Shown here: one piece after another, positions 28,201-32,000 of the stretch
Position numbering within the stretch: position 1 is the stretch's first letter
Layout: the number at the start of each line of letters is the position of its first letter
Source of the DNA: Halalkalibacterium halodurans
Lineage (GTDB): Bacteria; Bacillota; Bacilli; Bacillales; Bacillaceae_D
Length of the DNA stretch: 32,000 bases
Direction: 5' to 3'
NCBI RefSeq assembly: GCF_004376175.1
Contig: NZ_SNUY01000002.1
Coordinates: 11,041 to 43,040, forward strand
Translations under genes and position numbers: made by a program
The notes under the pieces: model-generated
What the model was told of the DNA's origin: nothing
What the model saw: only the letters and a program-made list of their open reading frames with translations
Database searches by the model: none

Positions 28201-28237
28201 AAAAAAAGTGACTCTATGTAAATAGGGTCACTTTTTT
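28201..28237. terminator. Bidirectional terminator between convergent glpD and the lipoprotein gene
   Basis: AAAAAAA, GTGACTCTA, a 6 nt loop, TAGGGTCAC (one G.U), then TTTTTT. Confidence 0.8.
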
Positions 28238-28242
28238 GTCGT

Positions 28243-28746
28243 TTATTCACTTTCAGCTTCGAGATCTAATTCTTCCCATGTAATGGTGACGCCCCACTCA
28301 TTCGCCAACGCCTCAAGTTCATTAGTATATTGATCATACAAAGTAACATATTCATCCATTAATTGATAGGCCCCTTCATCCTCGTGATCCGCTAACCATA
28401 ATTCGTTTCCTTCAATTAAGGCTTCGTATGATGCAATAAGGAGGTCATGAACTTCCAAGAGCTCCTCATCGTCAAATTGCTCGCGCACGTCGACTGCTTG
28501 ATTCAAGAAGTCTCTCATCCCAGGTAAAAGTTTATTTTCAGTAAAGTTCAAGAGTTCCTCTTCAGACAGGATGGTTTCTTCCTCCATCAATAATAGGAGG
28601 TGGGCACTATCCATATCATTGGTTGACTCTAGATACTCCATCATCGTATCAGATTTACCTGAAAAAAGGCCGACTAACGTGCTACACCCACTGAATATGA
28701 AAAGTAGGGCAGTAAATAAGCTAATAACTGCAAGTTTTTTCCCCAT
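28243..28746 (-). CDS. Hypothetical acidic lipoprotein (about 167 aa)
   Basis: 'MGKKLAVISLFTALLFIFSGCS' is a signal peptide with lipobox FSGC. AGAGGAAG RBS precedes ATG 28746. The mature part is Glu/Asp/Leu-rich and probably helical. I recognise no family. Confidence 0.6.
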   Translation of the reverse strand: MGKKLAVISLFTALLFIFSGCSTLVGLFSGKSDTMMEYLESTNDMDSAHLLLLMEEETILSEEELLNFTENKLLPGMRDFLNQAVDVREQFDDEELLEVHDLLIASYEALIEGNELWLADHEDEGAYQLMDEYVTLYDQYTNELEALANEWGVTITWEELDLEAESE

Positions 28747-29079
28747 ACTTGATCTTCTTCCTCTCTTTTCTTTATCATTTTTTCGTTTTGTCAAACAGTC
28801 GAATGATGGTTTCCCTTGACCATCTTACAGAACTGTAGGGTGGAGGTCAATAAATTTGTTGGAAATTGTTGGAAAATGTAGATTTACTACCATTTTCCTT
28901 TGTGGGTCTAAAGATCTATCTGGTATGAAAGAGTCCGGTGTAGTGTATTTTCATTTGTTGCATCATTTTAACAGATTCATACATATTTTGCATTTGCTTT
29001 CTAATACTAATGGCAATGCGAATCGCGTGATTCAATCTATGGTTAATTGTTAAGTCATGAATAGGAAAGGGGTGCAGCT

Positions 29080-30150
29080 ATGAGCTTTTTCAAGAGGAAA
29101 GGTTTTCGAAGGCTTAATCACCAAGTAACAGAAAAAATCGAGGAGCGCCTCGAACAACAACCTAAGCATATTTCAACAGATCTAATCGAAAACCTTCAAC
29201 AGGTAAAGAATATTTTTACTCATTGTGAAGACTTAGTTGTGCTCCATTGGCGATACGGATCGGAAATGGCTCATACGGCTTTTTCCGTTTATTTTGACTC
29301 CCTTGTTCAGCGTAAAATGGTGAACTATATGAAGGCTTCGTTGCAAGATTTGGTCCCCTATGAAGTTGGTCCAGGGGAGGAAGTGACCCCAGACGACATC
29401 ATTTCCCATTTTGAACAAAACATTGCGTCAGCTCATTCTCATCGTCTTGTTAAAGATTTTGATGACGTAATTGAAAAAATAACAAATGGTCACATTGTCA
29501 TTTTTTTTAATCAGTGGGACAAAGCCCTTGCGTATAAGGCGATTAGTGTCGAAACAAGGCAAGTTGACGAACCGCCTACTGAACCGGTCATTAAGGGACC
29601 ACGAGAAGGGACGATTGAGAATTTAGATAAAAACATTGGCCTAATAAGAGGGCGGTTGAAGTCAGCAAACTTTAAAATTGAAATGTTTACATGTAAAGGT
29701 GAGACCCGTACGAGAGTAGCTTACGGATACGTCGATGGGTTAGTGGATCCAAAAGTCCTTGCCGAGTTTAAACAGCGAGTCAAATCGATTCCTGAGGGGG
29801 ATATTTTGGAAACATCCTACATTGAAGAGTTGATCGAGGATTCGACCTATTCTCCATTCCCCCAATATCGTTATACAGAACGGCCAGATACTGCCGTTGC
29901 AGCACTACTGGATGGGAAAATAATCGTCATGGTCGACGGAACGGGATCGATCCTCATTTGTCCGAGCTTGTTTGTAGAATTGATGCAATCAAGTGAAGAT
30001 TACTACCAGCGAGCGGTGTTTGCGAGCAGCATTCGATTTTTACGAGTAATCGCTCTTATGATCGCGTTAACCCTACCGGCTCTTTATATCGCATTAACGA
30101 CGTTCCACCCTGAACTAATACCGACCGTTCTCCTCCTTGCGATTATATAG
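29080..30150 (+). pseudogene. GerA-family spore germination receptor A-subunit, 3'-truncated by IS insertion
   Basis: GerAA/GerKA-type blocks 'KGPREGTIENLDKNIGLIRGRLKS', 'ETSYIEELIEDSTYSPFPQYRYTERPD' and 'LLDGKIIVMVDGTGSILICPSLFVELMQSSEDYYQR' are present. The protein stops at 356 aa inside the first membrane segments ('TTFHPELIPTVLLLAII*'), whereas family members are about 480-540 aa. Confidence 0.8.
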
Positions 30151-30207
30151 ACTCTCGGCATTCGCCGAGCTTTGTGGTTCAAGGATTTTCCTCAAACCAA
30201 TTTATTT

Positions 30208-30235
30208 CATCCCTCCTATTTTAGGTGGGATTTTT
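30208..30235 (+). terminator. Terminator-like hairpin in the IS left end (would block read-through from gerA into the transposase gene)
   Basis: ATCCCTCCT, loop ATTTT, AGGTGGGAT (one mismatch), then TTTTT. Confidence 0.5.
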
Positions 30236-30378
30236 TAATGTTCATTTTTTAAAACCGGAAATTAATTATCAAAATATTTTCTCGAATTCGACAAGAAACA
30301 CTTGACTTTTCAAAAACACCACAATAATCGCCGGTGAAGGGATTATTTTCCCTTACTACTTGTGATTGAGGTGCCAAA

Positions 30379-31881
30379 ATGAAACCAACGTTTATTGCAC
30401 ACGAAACTTATCAAAACTTCGTTCTAAATCAGTTAAATGCCCATTATTCTGGCGGCATTCTTACCCTTGTTAATAAGGATTGGCCAGTAATTAAAAAGCT
30501 TTGGATAACTGATCTCTCTTCGGTAACTACATGGCTTGGTGATTCCTATTCCAAAAAGGGACCAAAGCCTCGTGACCCTGCTTCTATGATGCGTTCTTAT
30601 CTGCTTTCATTATTTGTTCAACCTACAAAAGGTATTACTCATTGGGTTGATCAACTTCGTCGCGTTCCGTTGTATGCAATTCTTAGCGGTTTTGAACCCG
30701 GTGACACACCAGGTGTTGGAACATTTGAAGACTTTTTCAAACGTTTATGGGCCTTCGAAAGCCCGAATGTTATGCCGAAGGTCAAACCTAAAAAGAAAAA
30801 GTCAAAAAAGAAAAAGAAGCCTAAAAAGGGTGAAAAAGCTGAACCTAAGAATCCCGGAATTGTTCGTAAACTCGTTGATCGGGCAATGCGTTATGGTTCC
30901 AAACAAAAACAACTGCCAGGAGACCGATTATTTGAGTTTTTTCAATCCCAATTTTTAGCGGTTTCTACGAAACTTGGTCTTCTTGGGGATCCCGAAGCTC
31001 TAGGTGTAGTTGGAGATGGGACACCAATTGAAACAGCTAGGTACCCGAGAAGTAAATCAACCTGTAATTGTAGTGCCCAAGGACTAACGAACTGTACTCA
31101 CCCACGCCAGTATTCACAACCCGACATCGACTCAGGCTGGGATAGTTCTAAGGAAAAGTACTTCAACGGATATCATCTCTACATGATATCCACTAGCGAT
31201 AGCCAATACGACTTACCGCTATATCCACGGCTGCATCCTGCTTCCCGGCATGATTCAGTCAGCCTAGTGGTTAGTTCAATTGAATTTTCGCAACGGTACA
31301 CCTTGGGCACGATTGATAAAATTCTTCTTGATGCAGCGCACGATGCTGAGGCCATTTATGAGCTACTTGAACATCAAAATGTGGAACCCTTCATCGATTT
31401 AAATGTTCGAACAAAGAAGAACTTTAGTACAGAAAGTGATATTCAAATATCTCCAACAGGTGTTCCAATCTGTCCGATTGGGAAGGAGATGAAGCCCAAC
31501 GGGTTTGACAAATCTCAAAATCGGCAAAAATGGCGTTGTCCACTTGCTTGCGGTACCAAAAATACATGCTCATCACCGTGTTCAAAAGCAAAATATGGTC
31601 GGACATTCCATACATTCAGAGAGGATAATCTACGATTATTTACCAAAACACCAAGGTCCTCTGAAAAGTGGAAACTTATATACAAACGAAGAACCTCTGT
31701 TGAACGTTCTAATAAAAGAGAAAAAATAGATTATCACTTGGAATCTGGACGCCACCGGTCAACAAAAATGTGGTACATTCGCCTATACGCCATAATGATG
31801 TGTCAGCACATCGATGCTTGGTACAGCAGTCAGAAAGAGCAGTTAAATATTGAAGAAATCATCTTTCCTAAAGCCGCCTAG
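30379..31881 (+). CDS. DDE transposase, IS4/IS5/IS1182-superfamily type (family not resolved)
   Basis: Candidate catalytic residues lie in 'VVGDGTPIE', 'LLDAAHDAEAIYE' and the Y-x2-R-x3-E-x6-K motif 'YKRRTSVERSNKREK'. The N-terminal 'PRDPASMMRSYLLSLF' resembles the DUF772-type transposase N-domain. A Cys cluster 'CPIGKEM...WRCPLACG...CSSPC' lies between the second D and the E. Confidence 0.8.
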   Translation: MKPTFIAHETYQNFVLNQLNAHYSGGILTLVNKDWPVIKKLWITDLSSVTTWLGDSYSKKGPKPRDPASMMRSYLLSLFVQPTKGITHWVDQLRRVPLYAILSGFEPGDTPGVGTFEDFFKRLWAFESPNVMPKVKPKKKKSKKKKKPKKGEKAEPKNPGIVRKLVDRAMRYGSKQKQLPGDRLFEFFQSQFLAVSTKLGLLGDPEALGVVGDGTPIETARYPRSKSTCNCSAQGLTNCTHPRQYSQPDIDSGWDSSKEKYFNGYHLYMISTSDSQYDLPLYPRLHPASRHDSVSLVVSSIEFSQRYTLGTIDKILLDAAHDAEAIYELLEHQNVEPFIDLNVRTKKNFSTESDIQISPTGVPICPIGKEMKPNGFDKSQNRQKWRCPLACGTKNTCSSPCSKAKYGRTFHTFREDNLRLFTKTPRSSEKWKLIYKRRTSVERSNKREKIDYHLESGRHRSTKMWYIRLYAIMMCQHIDAWYSSQKEQLNIEEIIFPKAA

Positions 31882-32000
31882 TCAATTTTTAAAAAAATAA
31901 TGGCAATAGGTTTCTTTGTCATGCACATTTTTGAAAATACAATGAAAATAATGAGTGTGCAGGCCATTCCAATCCAATTTCCAGTAATTTTGGTTCATTT

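Larger units (their letters stand above)
30151..32000 (+). mobile_element. Insertion sequence. The left boundary is inferred from the gerA break; the right end lies near or beyond the window edge.
   Basis: Sequence unrelated to gerA begins immediately after nt 30147-30150 and carries a single 500-aa DDE transposase gene. I could not identify convincing terminal inverted repeats within the window. Confidence 0.7.

Noticed and set aside
28980-29010. Possible forespore (sigmaG-type) promoter CATACATA upstream of the gerA-family gene
   Set aside because: The -10-like CATACATA is present, but I could not find a GHATR -35 element at the required 17-18 nt spacing, so no promoter is claimed.
28856-29053. 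65-aa ORF upstream of the gerA-type gene, and the tandem decamer TTGTTGGAAA x2 at 28856-28875
   Set aside because: The ORF has no RBS and a hydrophobic/His-rich nonsense-like sequence in a divergent promoter region. The two-copy 10-mer is too short to call a repeat element or operator without further support.
30151-32000. Terminal inverted repeats of the IS
   Set aside because: I compared 30148-30378 with the reverse complement of 31882-32000 by eye and found only short AT-rich coincidences (for example TTCAAAAA and GGAAATT). The hypothetical ends match at only 8 of 15 positions. The IRs therefore remain undefined.

Overview
This window looks like chromosome from a Bacillaceae member, about 43% GC. 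The very acidic exported-protein linker hints at an alkaliphile or halophile such as a Halalkalibacterium/Alkalihalobacillus-like organism, but that taxonomic guess is weak. It is mostly core carbon and iron metabolism, not an accessory island.

Gene order, left to right:
- A 5'-truncated PucR-type regulator and a small GNAT acetyltransferase.
- A 7-gene plus-strand operon: HAD-IIA phosphatase, a GlpP-like antiterminator paralog, UgpC/A/E/B-like ABC importer, and a cytoplasmic glycerophosphodiester phosphodiesterase. A long leader with a terminator hairpin precedes it.
- A minus-strand Fe-siderophore ABC operon (two FecCD permeases and an ATPase, no binding protein) behind a perfect Fur box.
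- A minus-strand glycogen operon, glgC-glgD-glgA-glgP, with no glgB.
- An orphan CheX-like gene.
- A YhcX-like GNAT/carbon-nitrogen-hydrolase fusion.
- A FixH/YtkA-like membrane protein.
- The glycerol regulon glpP, glpF, glpK, a ROK-family regulator, then glpD.
- An acidic lipoprotein.
- A GerA-family spore germination gene cut off by an insertion sequence with a 500-aa DDE transposase. The IS runs to, or very near, the window end.

The best-supported regulatory observation is that three operons here (HAD-ugp, glpFK, glpD) each have a promoter followed by a leader intrinsic terminator. A GGAGA-repeat element overlaps the 5' foot of each terminator. It is nearly identical (12/13) in glpFK and glpD and divergent in the ugp-like leader, which encodes its own GlpP paralog.

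I see no CRISPR array, rRNA/tRNA gene, prophage or recognisable defence system, and no convincing evidence of a wholly new system. The findings are modest curiosities and are scored that way. All calls come from motif and architecture recognition by eye; no database search was run.
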